Shown here piece by piece: positions 49,284 to 58,262 of a stretch of 64,000 nt of DNA. Numbering within the stretch: position 1 is the stretch's first letter; each line of letters starts with the position of its first letter. Source of the stretch: Rikenellaceae bacterium (GTDB taxonomy: Bacteria; Bacteroidota; Bacteroidia; Bacteroidales; UBA932); assembly GCA_022766385.1 (NCBI GenBank), contig JALEPJ010000052.1, positions 3,472-67,471 on the forward strand, in the 5' to 3' direction. Both the position numbers and the translations under genes were made by a program. The notes under the pieces were generated by a model. That model was not told the origin of the DNA and did no database searches. It worked only from the letters and a program-made list of their open reading frames with translations.

Positions 49284-50647
49284 TGGAAAGCAATACAGGA
49301 AAATTCACGGCAGAAGAGCTTGCCGTAGCTCGCGGATGTCTGAAAAAATGCCTTGAGAAAGGCGCAGACGCAGCCCGCATAACACTCAACAAAAGCTGTA
49401 TGGACCTTGTAGGTACCCTCAACGGAGAAGTCGACAAGGTCAGCCACTGTATGGACAGGTCCATCAGTCTAATAATATATGCCGACGGACGTTGCGGATC
49501 CTATTCCATCAACCGTTTCGACGATAAGGCGCTTGACAGCTTTATTGCCAAGGCCATAGAGACGACTAAGCTCCTCGCCAAAGACGAATGCAAGACTCTC
49601 CCCTCTCCGGAAAGGAAGGCTAAGGATGCAAGCAACGGCGATGAACTCGCTCTCTATGACAATGACTACGATGCTCTGGACGCTGCCGGCAGACTGCAGA
49701 AAGCCAGAGAGGCCTCAATCTTCGAAAGCACAGCAGCCACGGAGCACGAAGGCTGGAAGCTCATTTCAGAAGAACTGGAATACTCTGACTGCGCCTACGA
49801 CACCCTGGTGCTCGACTCCGAAGGCCTCGAATGTCGCCACAGCGAAACATCATACGACTTCGGCGCAGAAATCTCCATCGAGGACAACGAGGGCAGGAAG
49901 TATTCCGGAAGATGGTGGCACTCAAGCACTTTCAGAGACGGTCTGGAGACATTGTCCTGCTGCACCAAGGCCTTGGACAATGCCATCAGGCAAATAGGTT
50001 CGAAGAGCCACAGAAGCGGCAAGTTCACAATGGTTGTAGACAGCGAATGCGCATCCCGTCTTGTCACTCCTATACTCAACGCATTGAGTGGCAGCTCAAT
50101 ACAACAGAACAACTCCTTCCTCCTCAATGCTGTGGGCAAGAAAGTCTTCTCCGAAGGAATGACCATTGAAGACAGGTGCAGGCGCAAGGGCGAAAGCGGT
50201 TCACGCCTCTTTGATTCCGAAGGGGTAGCGACCTTTGAACACTATATTATAGAAAAAGGAACAATCAAGGAATACTTCATCAACACCTACATTGCCAACA
50301 AAACGGGAATGTCTCCGACCATTGAGGATGCCACACGTCCCGTCCTCCTGCCTTGGCCGGAAAAAAGTCTCGACCGGGATGCCATACTTAGGAAGTGCCG
50401 GAACGGAATACTCGTAACAGGCTTCAACGGAGGCAATTCCAACGCTACCACAGGCGATTTTTCATATGGAATCGAAGGTTTTGCCTTCAAGGACGGCAAG
50501 ATTAGCCACCCAGTTCACGAAATGCTCATCACGGGCAATTTCATTGAGCTTTGGAACAGTCTGATTGCAGTTGGTGACGATGCCCGTCCTTGTATGTCAA
50601 AACTTATTCCTACCTTAGCGTTTTCAAAAGTTGATTTTTCAGGATAG
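49280..50647 (+). CDS. pmbA: TldE/PmbA-family protease partner
   Basis: 455 aa from the ATG at 49280, which overlaps the tldD stop as ATGA. TldD/PmbA-family C-terminal pattern (GDFSYGIEGFAFKDGKI). Confidence 0.85.
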   Translation: MMESNTGKFTAEELAVARGCLKKCLEKGADAARITLNKSCMDLVGTLNGEVDKVSHCMDRSISLIIYADGRCGSYSINRFDDKALDSFIAKAIETTKLLAKDECKTLPSPERKAKDASNGDELALYDNDYDALDAAGRLQKAREASIFESTAATEHEGWKLISEELEYSDCAYDTLVLDSEGLECRHSETSYDFGAEISIEDNEGRKYSGRWWHSSTFRDGLETLSCCTKALDNAIRQIGSKSHRSGKFTMVVDSECASRLVTPILNALSGSSIQQNNSFLLNAVGKKVFSEGMTIEDRCRRKGESGSRLFDSEGVATFEHYIIEKGTIKEYFINTYIANKTGMSPTIEDATRPVLLPWPEKSLDRDAILRKCRNGILVTGFNGGNSNATTGDFSYGIEGFAFKDGKISHPVHEMLITGNFIELWNSLIAVGDDARPCMSKLIPTLAFSKVDFSG

Positions 50648-50684
50648 ATTTTTGTTTCGCACTTGCGAAAATGAGTAAAGAAAT

Positions 50685-51383
50685 ATGAAAGTAGAAAAAG
50701 ACAAAGTCGTAGTAATGACATACGAACTGACCGTTGACGGCCAGGTAGTTGACAAAGTCAGCAAAGAAGAACCATTTGACTATATACAGGGTGAACACAT
50801 CCTTATCCCCCGTCTTGAAGAAGAAATCGAAGGCAAGGAGCCGGGAGACAGCTTCGAATGCGAAATCAGCCCTGCAGACGGCTACGGTGAATATGACCTC
50901 AAGCTCGTCTTCGACATTCCAAAGGATGCCTTCCTTGACGGGAAGAGCGGGAAGATCAGGGAAGACCTGCTTCAGGTAGGCAATTACGTTCCAATGCTCA
51001 ACTCCTCAGGCCAGGTCTGCAGGGGTATGGTGGTGGAAGTCAAGGAAGAGAAGGTCACTATGGATTTCAACCCACCGATGGCAGGCAAGAGCATGCACTT
51101 CAAGGGAGAAATCATCTCTGTCAGGGATGCGACCGAAAAGGAGCTGAGCGAAGGCCTTCACGGTGAGTTCCTCCCTTCGGGCGAAGGCCATTGCCACGGA
51201 AACTGCGGCGGTTGCCACGGAGGCTGCGGTGGCGGTCACGAGCACGGAGAAGGCGATGGATGCTGCGGTGGTCACGAACACGGAGAAGGTGAGGGCTGCT
51301 GCGGTGGTCATAAGCACGAAAACGGTGAAGGCTGCTGTGGCGGCCACGAAGGCAAAAAAGGCGGCTGCTGCTGCGGAGAATAA
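50685..51383 (+). CDS. slyD: FKBP-type peptidyl-prolyl isomerase SlyD with a Cys/His/Gly-rich metal-binding tail
   Basis: MKVEKDKVVVMTYELTVDGQVVD...FDYIQGEHILIPRLEEEIEGKEPGDSF is collinear with SlyD. The 67-aa tail (from 51180) contains 14 Cys and 10 His by my count. Confidence 0.85.
   Translation: MKVEKDKVVVMTYELTVDGQVVDKVSKEEPFDYIQGEHILIPRLEEEIEGKEPGDSFECEISPADGYGEYDLKLVFDIPKDAFLDGKSGKIREDLLQVGNYVPMLNSSGQVCRGMVVEVKEEKVTMDFNPPMAGKSMHFKGEIISVRDATEKELSEGLHGEFLPSGEGHCHGNCGGCHGGCGGGHEHGEGDGCCGGHEHGEGEGCCGGHKHENGEGCCGGHEGKKGGCCCGE
51234..51341 (+). repeat. Three tandem 36-bp coding repeats (51234-51269, 51270-51305, 51306-51341) in the SlyD tail
   Basis: GGTCACGAGCACGGAGAAGGCGATGGATGCTGCGGT / GGTCACGAACACGGAGAAGGTGAGGGCTGCTGCGGT / GGTCATAAGCACGAAAACGGTGAAGGCTGCTGTGGC. 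Each encodes GH(E/K)H(G/E)(E/N)G(D/E)GCCG. Confidence 0.8.
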
Positions 51384-51410
51384 AGGCGATATAGCGAAGA
51401 TTTCGGACTG

Positions 51411-52484
51411 ATGCATAGCGCCATTGTCATATTGAACTGGAATACAGTGGATTATCTCAGAAGCTTCCTTCCCGGACTGCTCGATAGCGTCAAGGATGCC
51501 GATGCTGAGGTGATAGTCGCCGACAGTGCGTCCACCGATTCCTCAATGGCAATGATGCAGAGCGAATTCCCTTCCGTCCGTAGGATAGAGCTCGACAAGA
51601 ACTACGGATTCACCGGAGGCTACAACAGGGCTCTTGCCGGGATTGATGCGGAGCTGTTTGTCTTGATGAATTCCGACATCGAAGTCACTCCAGACTGGTT
51701 CAAACCGCTCGCCGACTGGATGGAGAGCCATCCCGATTGCGGCGCCTGTGCGCCTAAACTCCATTCCTGGTACGAAAGAGACAGCTTTGAATATGCCGGA
51801 GCCGCCGGAGGACGCATTGATCGTTGGGGTTATCCTTTCTGTCGCGGCCGCGTAATGAACAAACTCGAAAAAGACGAGGGGCAATATGACTCCCCCGTCG
51901 ATGTCTTTTGGGCGAGCGGAGCCTGCCTGATGGTCAGGAGCAGCCTCTGGAAGCAGTTGGGAGGTCTTGACGACAGATTCTTCGCGCATATGGAGGAAAT
52001 AGACCTGTGCTGGCGAATGCAGCTCGAGGGCTGCAGAATAAGCATAGTCCCCGAATCGCTTGTTTACCACATCGGCGGCGGCACATTGCCGAAAAGCTCT
52101 CCGTGGAAGCTCAAACTGAACTACAGGAACAATCTGCTGATGCTGGACAACAATCTCGCAAAAAGCTTCGTCGCAGACGGACTCAGCCCCCGAAAAGCGC
52201 TACGGAAGGCCCGCAGAATCATATTCCTGAGGATGATACTGGATGGCGGCTCAGCCCTGATGTACCTTTTGACGGGCAAGGCAAGTTACTTCAAGGCAGT
52301 GATTGAGGCTCATCGCGAATTCAAGCGATTGCGCAGAGGAAGCGATGCCGCACAGCTGGCGAACTGGGCGGAGCAATTGCCACCCGAAGGTATTTGCATC
52401 GAGGGACGCTACTCCGGCAGTATGATACTCGCATCAATGTTGAAAGGAAATGATGTTTTCAAATATTTGGAGAAAAGACAATGA
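51411..52484 (+). CDS. Family 2 glycosyltransferase
   Basis: 357 aa; AIVILNWNTVDYL N-terminus, a DSASTD (DxD-region) block and NSDIEV; typical GT2 (rhamnosyltransferase-like) layout. Confidence 0.8.
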   Translation: MHSAIVILNWNTVDYLRSFLPGLLDSVKDADAEVIVADSASTDSSMAMMQSEFPSVRRIELDKNYGFTGGYNRALAGIDAELFVLMNSDIEVTPDWFKPLADWMESHPDCGACAPKLHSWYERDSFEYAGAAGGRIDRWGYPFCRGRVMNKLEKDEGQYDSPVDVFWASGACLMVRSSLWKQLGGLDDRFFAHMEEIDLCWRMQLEGCRISIVPESLVYHIGGGTLPKSSPWKLKLNYRNNLLMLDNNLAKSFVADGLSPRKALRKARRIIFLRMILDGGSALMYLLTGKASYFKAVIEAHREFKRLRRGSDAAQLANWAEQLPPEGICIEGRYSGSMILASMLKGNDVFKYLEKRQ

Positions 52485-53839
52485 AAATCGTAATAGAAGG
52501 AGCAGGTGAGGTAGGTTCACACCTTGCCAGAATACTCAGCCGGGAGGCAAACGAAATAAGCATCATTGATATTGACCAGAAAAGGCTCGACAACCTGTCG
52601 GCCGATACCGACGTCATCACTGTTCAAGGTACACCGTCCTCAATCAAGGTGCTCAAGAAAGCGGGAGTACCGGATGCAGACCTTTTCATTGCCGTAAACC
52701 CCAGCGTCCCCCAGGATGTCAATATAGTCAGCGCCATACTGGCGAAGAAGCTCGGAGCCAAGAAAGCCTCTGTACGTCTCGAAAACGAAGAGTATCTCTC
52801 CCCTGAGAACAAATTGATATTCAAGGAGATGGGTGTGGACTTCATGTTCTTTCCCGAAAAGATTGCCGCAGACGAAATCGCTGCGCTGCTGAGAAACTCC
52901 TCCAGCACTGACTCAATGGACTTCGCGCATGGAAAACTCCAAGTGGCGGTATTCAAGCTCGACGAATCGTCCCCTTTGCTGGATATGAAGCTCGGTGAAT
53001 TCGTAAAGCAGACCTCCAGCGAAGCCCTGCAGTTCAGAATCATCGCAATATCCAGAGGCGACCATACCATCATCCCTAAGGTAGATACCAGCTTCCAGTT
53101 CCAGGATATGGTCTTCATCATTGCCAAACGCGAAGGTATGCCCCTGCTGATGAAGTACTTCGGCAAGACGAAGGTGGACATTGACAAGATTATGATATAC
53201 GGTGGAGGCGTGATGGCCGAACAGGTCACGAAAGTCCTTGCCAGGCAGGTCTCCTTCATCAAGATACTCGAAAACGACAAGCAGAGATGTCTCGAACTCA
53301 GCGAAATATTGCCATCGAACGTAACTGTAGTGCACGGAGACGGCAGAAAAATTGACATACTCTCCGAAGAGAACATACGCAGTTTCGATGCCTTCATCGG
53401 TCTTACTGGCAGCGACGAGGCCAATGTCCTCGCCTGCGTTGTAGCCAAGAAATTCGGAATAGAAAGAACCATCGCCGAAGTGGAGAACGTCGAGTACATC
53501 AGGGTTGCCGAAGATATGGGAGTGGACAGCGTCATCAACAAGAAACTGCTCACAGCCGCGCGCATCTTCAAATTCACACTCAGCGGCAAGGCCCGCTTTG
53601 TGAAATATATGTCCGGAACCAAAGCCGAAGTGCTCGAATTTACGGTTCCGCCAGGAGCTACCATCACAAAATGCGCCCTCAAGGATATGTCTTTCCCACG
53701 CAATGCCATCATAGGCGGTTATATCAGGGGCAGCGAAGCATACATTGCCGTAGGAGACAGTTTGATTGAACCTTATGACAGAGTTGCCGTCTTTGCCATG
53801 CCTGAGGCAGTCAAGGAGGTGGACAGATTCTTCAAGTAA
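52481..53839 (+). CDS. trkA: Trk potassium-uptake system NAD-binding subunit TrkA
   Basis: 452 aa; MKIVIEGAGEVGSHLA plus a second Rossmann repeat (IMIYGGGVMAEQV). Two RCK modules. ATGA overlap with the GT2 gene. Confidence 0.9.
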   Translation: MKIVIEGAGEVGSHLARILSREANEISIIDIDQKRLDNLSADTDVITVQGTPSSIKVLKKAGVPDADLFIAVNPSVPQDVNIVSAILAKKLGAKKASVRLENEEYLSPENKLIFKEMGVDFMFFPEKIAADEIAALLRNSSSTDSMDFAHGKLQVAVFKLDESSPLLDMKLGEFVKQTSSEALQFRIIAISRGDHTIIPKVDTSFQFQDMVFIIAKREGMPLLMKYFGKTKVDIDKIMIYGGGVMAEQVTKVLARQVSFIKILENDKQRCLELSEILPSNVTVVHGDGRKIDILSEENIRSFDAFIGLTGSDEANVLACVVAKKFGIERTIAEVENVEYIRVAEDMGVDSVINKKLLTAARIFKFTLSGKARFVKYMSGTKAEVLEFTVPPGATITKCALKDMSFPRNAIIGGYIRGSEAYIAVGDSLIEPYDRVAVFAMPEAVKEVDRFFK

Positions 53840-53851
53840 AGCAGAGGAAAG

Positions 53852-55648
53852 ATGGCATCATATTTACAGGTAAGCAACATCTCTAAATCATATGGACCGA
53901 AAATTCTCTTCGAGAATATAGGATTCAACATAAATGAAGGCGACAAGATTGCCCTGATTGCCCCAAACGGAACGGGAAAAACTTCGCTGATGCGCATACT
54001 CGCCGGGAAGGACAAATCCGACTCCGGAGGCAAGATAATGTTTCTCAAGCAGATACGCATTGCCTTTCTGGAACAGGAATACGCATTCAGTCCCGAAAAA
54101 AGCATCTTCAATCAGATAGTTGACGACTCTTCAGAGTTCATTGACGGTCTCGATGACTACAGCAGATCCGAATACGAACGCCGCATCATCCGAATACTGA
54201 CAGATTTCGGGCTCGGCGGAGATAAAACCATGTCTTCACTGTCAGGGGGAGAGGTAAAGCGCGTGGCCCTGACCAGAATGCTTGCCACCGAAGCTGACTT
54301 CTTTATAATGGACGAGCCCACCAACCACCTTGATATCGATGCCATAGAGTATCTTGAAAGCTACCTTTCGCACTCCAGATGCACCCTCTTTATGGTCACT
54401 CACGACCGCTATTTCCTTGACAGAGTGTGCAATACGGTAATGGAGCTGGACCACGGAGCACTCTACACCTACAAAGGCAACTATCAGAACTTCCTCGAAA
54501 AGAGACAGGAAAGGATTGACAATTACAATGCGGAAACGGACAAGGTCCGCAATGTGCTCCGCCGCGAACTGGAGTGGATTCACGCCACCCCTTGCGCCCG
54601 CTCCGGGAAGGCGAAATACAGAATCAACGCATTCCACGAGTTAAAGGACAGAGCCGAGCAAGTGTACAGCACCAAGCAGATCAGCATTGCCCTGGACATC
54701 AGCGGCTCAGCCCGATTGGGCAGCAAAATCATTAACTGCAAGGACGTATCCTTCCACTACGAAGGGCAATGCTATCTCTCACACTTCAGCTACAATTTCC
54801 AGAGATTCGAGAAGGTAGGAATAGTCGGTCGAAATGGCGTAGGCAAGAGTACCTTCATCAATCTCCTGACAGGAGGGCTGGAGCCGGATTCAGGCATCAT
54901 CGAAAGAGGCGAATCCCTCAAAATCGGCTACTATCACCAAGAAGGAATGAGCTTCGATGAGAGCCAGACCGTACTCGAGACCGTCAACGACACAAGGCTC
55001 CTTGGGCAATTCCTCTTCCCTCACGATATGCTGAACAACAGGATATCCAAGCTCTCCGGAGGCGAACGCAGGCGTCTTTACCTCCTGACCATCCTGATGA
55101 AACAGCCGAATCTTCTGATTCTTGATGAGCCGACCAATGACCTTGACATCGTCACCCTGAACATACTTGAAGAGTATCTCAAGGAATTTGCAGGTTCATT
55201 AATAATCGTATCTCACGATAGGCACTTTCTTGATCGCCTTGTGGACCACCTCTTCGTCTTCTGCGGAGAAGGAGTAGTCAAGGATTTTATAGGTGGGTAC
55301 TCCGAATACCGCTCATTCATAAAGGATTACGAAGCCAAGCAGAAAAAAGATGCCGAAGCTGCCAAGAAAAAGGCCCAGGCTGCCATCCTTCCGAAAGAGC
55401 TCCAGAACGGAAACTCTGCCAATACCTCCCCCGCCAAGAAGAAGCTAAGCTGGAAGGAACAGCGCGAGCTCGAACAGCTGGAGAAGGATATTGAGGAACT
55501 TGGAAAAGAAAAAAAGGAAATAGAGGAAAAGCTCTCCAGCGGAAGCTTGAGCAATGATGAATGCACATCAATGGCAATACGCTTTGGAGAAGTAAAGGAG
55601 CTTCTGGACGAAAAGGAAATGAGATGGCTGGAGCTTTCTGAGCTCTGA
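53852..55648 (+). CDS. ABC-F family ATPase (no transmembrane domain)
   Basis: 598 aa; two ABC modules (APNGTGKTS, GRNGVGKST; LSGGE twice), an inter-domain linker, and a Lys/Glu-rich coiled-coil C-terminus. Confidence 0.9.
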   Translation: MASYLQVSNISKSYGPKILFENIGFNINEGDKIALIAPNGTGKTSLMRILAGKDKSDSGGKIMFLKQIRIAFLEQEYAFSPEKSIFNQIVDDSSEFIDGLDDYSRSEYERRIIRILTDFGLGGDKTMSSLSGGEVKRVALTRMLATEADFFIMDEPTNHLDIDAIEYLESYLSHSRCTLFMVTHDRYFLDRVCNTVMELDHGALYTYKGNYQNFLEKRQERIDNYNAETDKVRNVLRRELEWIHATPCARSGKAKYRINAFHELKDRAEQVYSTKQISIALDISGSARLGSKIINCKDVSFHYEGQCYLSHFSYNFQRFEKVGIVGRNGVGKSTFINLLTGGLEPDSGIIERGESLKIGYYHQEGMSFDESQTVLETVNDTRLLGQFLFPHDMLNNRISKLSGGERRRLYLLTILMKQPNLLILDEPTNDLDIVTLNILEEYLKEFAGSLIIVSHDRHFLDRLVDHLFVFCGEGVVKDFIGGYSEYRSFIKDYEAKQKKDAEAAKKKAQAAILPKELQNGNSANTSPAKKKLSWKEQRELEQLEKDIEELGKEKKEIEEKLSSGSLSNDECTSMAIRFGEVKELLDEKEMRWLELSEL

Positions 55649-55765
55649 TGCACTGTCCGGTGGTCTCGCTGTTTTACTGAATTCAAAGGAGCAATCTGCC
55701 AAACTGTCAGCAAAAACGCATTGGCAGAGTATTTGATTCGGTGGAAAATTATAAAAAAGAGAATT

Positions 55766-56356
55766 ATGGCAAATACAGAGAATAAAAATATCGAAGAAAA
55801 GGAAAAGTCAGAGACTCCACAGCCTGAAACAAAGTCTGAAACCAAGACTGAGACTTCATCCAAGAAGGAAAACAAGAAGGAGACCAATAAGAAAATCGAA
55901 GAGCTCCAGGGCAGGGTGAAGGAACTCGAAGCCAAAGTAGACGAGAGCAAAAACGACTATCTTCGCCTGATGGCAGAGTTTGAAACCTACAGACGCAGAA
56001 CAGCTGAAGACAGGCTAAACCTTGTCAGCAGCGCTTCCGCTGACACCATCAAGGGATTGCTTCCCGTGCTTGATGATTGCGAAAGAGCTATGGCTATACT
56101 TTCAGACTCCAGCGATGAAGCTGCAAAAGAGGGTACAGAGCTCATATTCACCAAGTTGATGGCTTTCCTAAAAACAAAGGGCTTAAGCGTCATCGAAGCC
56201 AAAGGCGAGAAATTCAATGTGGATTTCCACGAGGCTGTGACTCAGTTCCCTGTCGCTGACGAAGCTCAGAAAGGTATGGTCATTGACGTGACACAGACCG
56301 GTTACATTCTAAACGGCAAGGTACTCAGATACGCCAAGGTCGTTGTCGGCGCCTAA
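55766..56356 (+). CDS. grpE: Nucleotide exchange factor GrpE
   Basis: YLRLMAEFETYRRRTAEDR and LLPVLDDCERA motifs. The ATG at 55766 (MANTENK) is preferred to the ORF-track start at 55721. Confidence 0.9.
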   Translation: MANTENKNIEEKEKSETPQPETKSETKTETSSKKENKKETNKKIEELQGRVKELEAKVDESKNDYLRLMAEFETYRRRTAEDRLNLVSSASADTIKGLLPVLDDCERAMAILSDSSDEAAKEGTELIFTKLMAFLKTKGLSVIEAKGEKFNVDFHEAVTQFPVADEAQKGMVIDVTQTGYILNGKVLRYAKVVVGA

Positions 56357-56373
56357 TAAGCAGATAGTGAAAA

Positions 56374-57558
56374 ATGGCACAGAAAAGAGATTATTATGAG
56401 GTGCTCGGACTCCAAAAGGGTGCCTCAGCAGATGATATCAAGAGCGCGTACAGAAAGGCCGCGCTCAAATGGCATCCTGACCGCTGGGTAAACGGCACGG
56501 ATCAAGAAAAGAAAACGGCTGAAGAGAACTTCAAGGAAGCATCAGAGGCATACACAGTCCTAAGCGACCCTGACAAAAAGGCACGTTACGATCAGTTCGG
56601 TTTCAGCGGTGTAGAAAACGGAGCAGGCGGATTCGACTTCAACGGAGCCGGCTTCAGCAACCTCAATGACATATTGCGTGACCTCTTCGGAGGTGCCGGT
56701 TTCGGCGGTTTCGGAGGCTTCAGCGGTTTCGGCGGGGGCAATCAAGGCACGCAGAAGCGCAGCTATCGTGGACGTGACATCAGAACGAGCGTCACCCTGA
56801 CGCTCGAAGAGATTGCCAATGGATGCGAAAAGGATGTCACCATCGAGCGCAGCAGACCTTGTGCGGACTGCGGAGGCAAGGGAACCAAGAACAGCTCCGA
56901 CATTAAGACCTGCCCTACCTGTAAAGGCCAGGGACAGGTACAGAGCGTTAGCAATTCCCTCTTCGGAAGAACCATCACATACAACACCTGCCCTCAGTGC
57001 AACGGAGAAGGACAGATTGTCTCCAATCCTTGCCGCAGCTGCAACGGAAGCGGTCTCGTCCGCAAACGCGAAACCGTGAGAGTCAAGATTCCTGCAGGAG
57101 TCGAGAACGGGATGCAGATCAATGTCCGTGGCGAGGGACACGCAGCCCCACACAACGGTGTCAATGGAGACTTGCTCGTGGTAATCAAGGAAGTGGAGCA
57201 TCCGGAGCTCAAACGCGATGGCAACAACCTCTTCTACACCAGGATAATCTCCGTAATGGACGCAATGCTCGGCTGCGAGATATCAGTCCCTTGTCTTGAT
57301 GGCAATTATAAAGTCAAGCTTGAAGCCGGAACGCAGTCAGGCACCGTCGTAAAGCTTAGAGGCAAAGGACTCCCATCTGTTCAGGGATACGGAAGCGGCA
57401 GAGGTGACCTCTACGTGAAGATACTCGTATGGATTCCGCGCAAACTGAGCCGTGATGAACGTAAGACAATGGAGAAGATGCAGAATAGCAAGTCCTTCAC
57501 TCCTGATCTTAGCAGGGACGACAGAACCCTATTCGAAAAGGAAAAGAATATCTTCTAG
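56374..57558 (+). CDS. dnaJ: Molecular chaperone DnaJ
   Basis: 394 aa; J-domain with HPD (KWHPDR), a Gly/Phe-rich linker, and four CxxCxGxG zinc-finger repeats. Confidence 0.95.
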   Translation: MAQKRDYYEVLGLQKGASADDIKSAYRKAALKWHPDRWVNGTDQEKKTAEENFKEASEAYTVLSDPDKKARYDQFGFSGVENGAGGFDFNGAGFSNLNDILRDLFGGAGFGGFGGFSGFGGGNQGTQKRSYRGRDIRTSVTLTLEEIANGCEKDVTIERSRPCADCGGKGTKNSSDIKTCPTCKGQGQVQSVSNSLFGRTITYNTCPQCNGEGQIVSNPCRSCNGSGLVRKRETVRVKIPAGVENGMQINVRGEGHAAPHNGVNGDLLVVIKEVEHPELKRDGNNLFYTRIISVMDAMLGCEISVPCLDGNYKVKLEAGTQSGTVVKLRGKGLPSVQGYGSGRGDLYVKILVWIPRKLSRDERKTMEKMQNSKSFTPDLSRDDRTLFEKEKNIF

Positions 57559-57613
57559 AAGCTATGGGCTTGAGGAAGACTACGGAGGCTGGTAATCGGG
57601 CGAGTAAATTCCA

Positions 57614-57647
57614 CTGCAAATTTTTCCTTAAAAAAGTTTGCAGTTTT
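57614..57647 (+). terminator. Rho-independent terminator after dnaJ
   Basis: CTGCAAATTTTT pairs with AAAAAGTTTGCAG (about 12 bp with one G-U), followed by TTTT at 57644-57647. Confidence 0.65.
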
Positions 57648-57667
57648 AAATAAAATGCCTACCTTTG
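57637..57667 (+). promoter_or_regulatory. Consensus Bacteroides promoter for rplS
   Basis: TTTG (57637-57640), a 19-nt spacer, then TACCTTTG (57660-57667). The ATG lies 75 nt downstream. Confidence 0.5.
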
Positions 57668-57741
57668 CAATCCCAAACGCAACCTCTCACTGTTTTAGGG
57701 TAATGTTTAAGTGATGTTGCACCAAAAGTTATTTTTGAGAA

Positions 57742-58116
57742 ATGGATTACATTAAGATTGTTGAGCAGGCATTTTCACAGAATAAAGCTGCTACATATCC
57801 AGAGTTCAAGGCCGGTGACACCATCACCGTGACTTACAGAATCAAGGAGGGTGACAAGGAGAGACTTCAGAAGTTCAGAGGCGTTGTTATTCAGATTTGC
57901 GGCGCTACTCCTTACACAAGGACCTTCACTATCCGCAAGATTTCAGGCGGTGTAGGTGTTGAGAGAATCTTCCCTTACGAGCTTCCTTCTATTGAATCTA
58001 TCGAACTCAACAAGGTCGGAAAGGTTCGCAGAGCACGTATCTTCTACCTCAGAAATCTCGCTGGTAAGAAGGCAAGAATCAAGGAGAAGAAGTTCTCTAC
58101 CAAGAACGCCGAGTAA
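57742..58116 (+). CDS. rplS: 50S ribosomal protein L19
   Basis: 124 aa; FKAGDTITVTYRIKEGDKERLQKFRGVVI...GVGVERIFP pattern. Confidence 0.95.
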   Translation: MDYIKIVEQAFSQNKAATYPEFKAGDTITVTYRIKEGDKERLQKFRGVVIQICGATPYTRTFTIRKISGGVGVERIFPYELPSIESIELNKVGKVRRARIFYLRNLAGKKARIKEKKFSTKNAE

Positions 58117-58143
58117 ATAATTAAAGGACTACGGTCCTGATAC

Positions 58144-58217
58144 GGCTCCTTAGCTCAACTGAATAGAGCATTTGACTACGGATCAAAAGGTTACAGGTTT
58201 GAATCCTGTAGGAGTCA
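58144..58217 (+). tRNA. tRNA-Arg (anticodon ACG)
   Basis: I folded this 74-nt cloverleaf by hand. Acceptor GGCTCCT/AGGAGTC (one G-U), D-stem GCTC/GAGC, anticodon stem TTTGA/TCAAA with loop CTACGGA, T-stem ACAGG/CCTGT, discriminator A. No encoded CCA. Confidence 0.9.
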
Positions 58218-58223
58218 CGAAAA

Positions 58224-58253
58224 CCCCTTTGAGAGCATCTCAGAGGGGTTTTT
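58224..58253 (+). terminator. Rho-independent terminator after tRNA-Arg (possibly bidirectional)
   Basis: CCCCTTTGAGA pairs with TCTCAGAGGGG (11 bp including one G-U, loop GCA), followed by T5. It is preceded by A4, so it could also stop minus-strand transcription from the islet. Confidence 0.75.
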
Positions 58254-58262
58254 CATATATAT

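Noticed and set aside
50652-50667. TTTCGC/GCGAAA hairpin between pmbA and slyD
   Set aside because: Only 6 bp with no flanking T-run on either strand. Not convincing as a terminator or regulatory element.
52624-53712. 362-aa minus-strand ORF inside trkA, the longest antisense frame in the window
   Set aside because: Ser/Leu/Phe/Thr-rich low-complexity translation typical of the antisense frame of a well-supported gene. It has no start context and no promoter motif.
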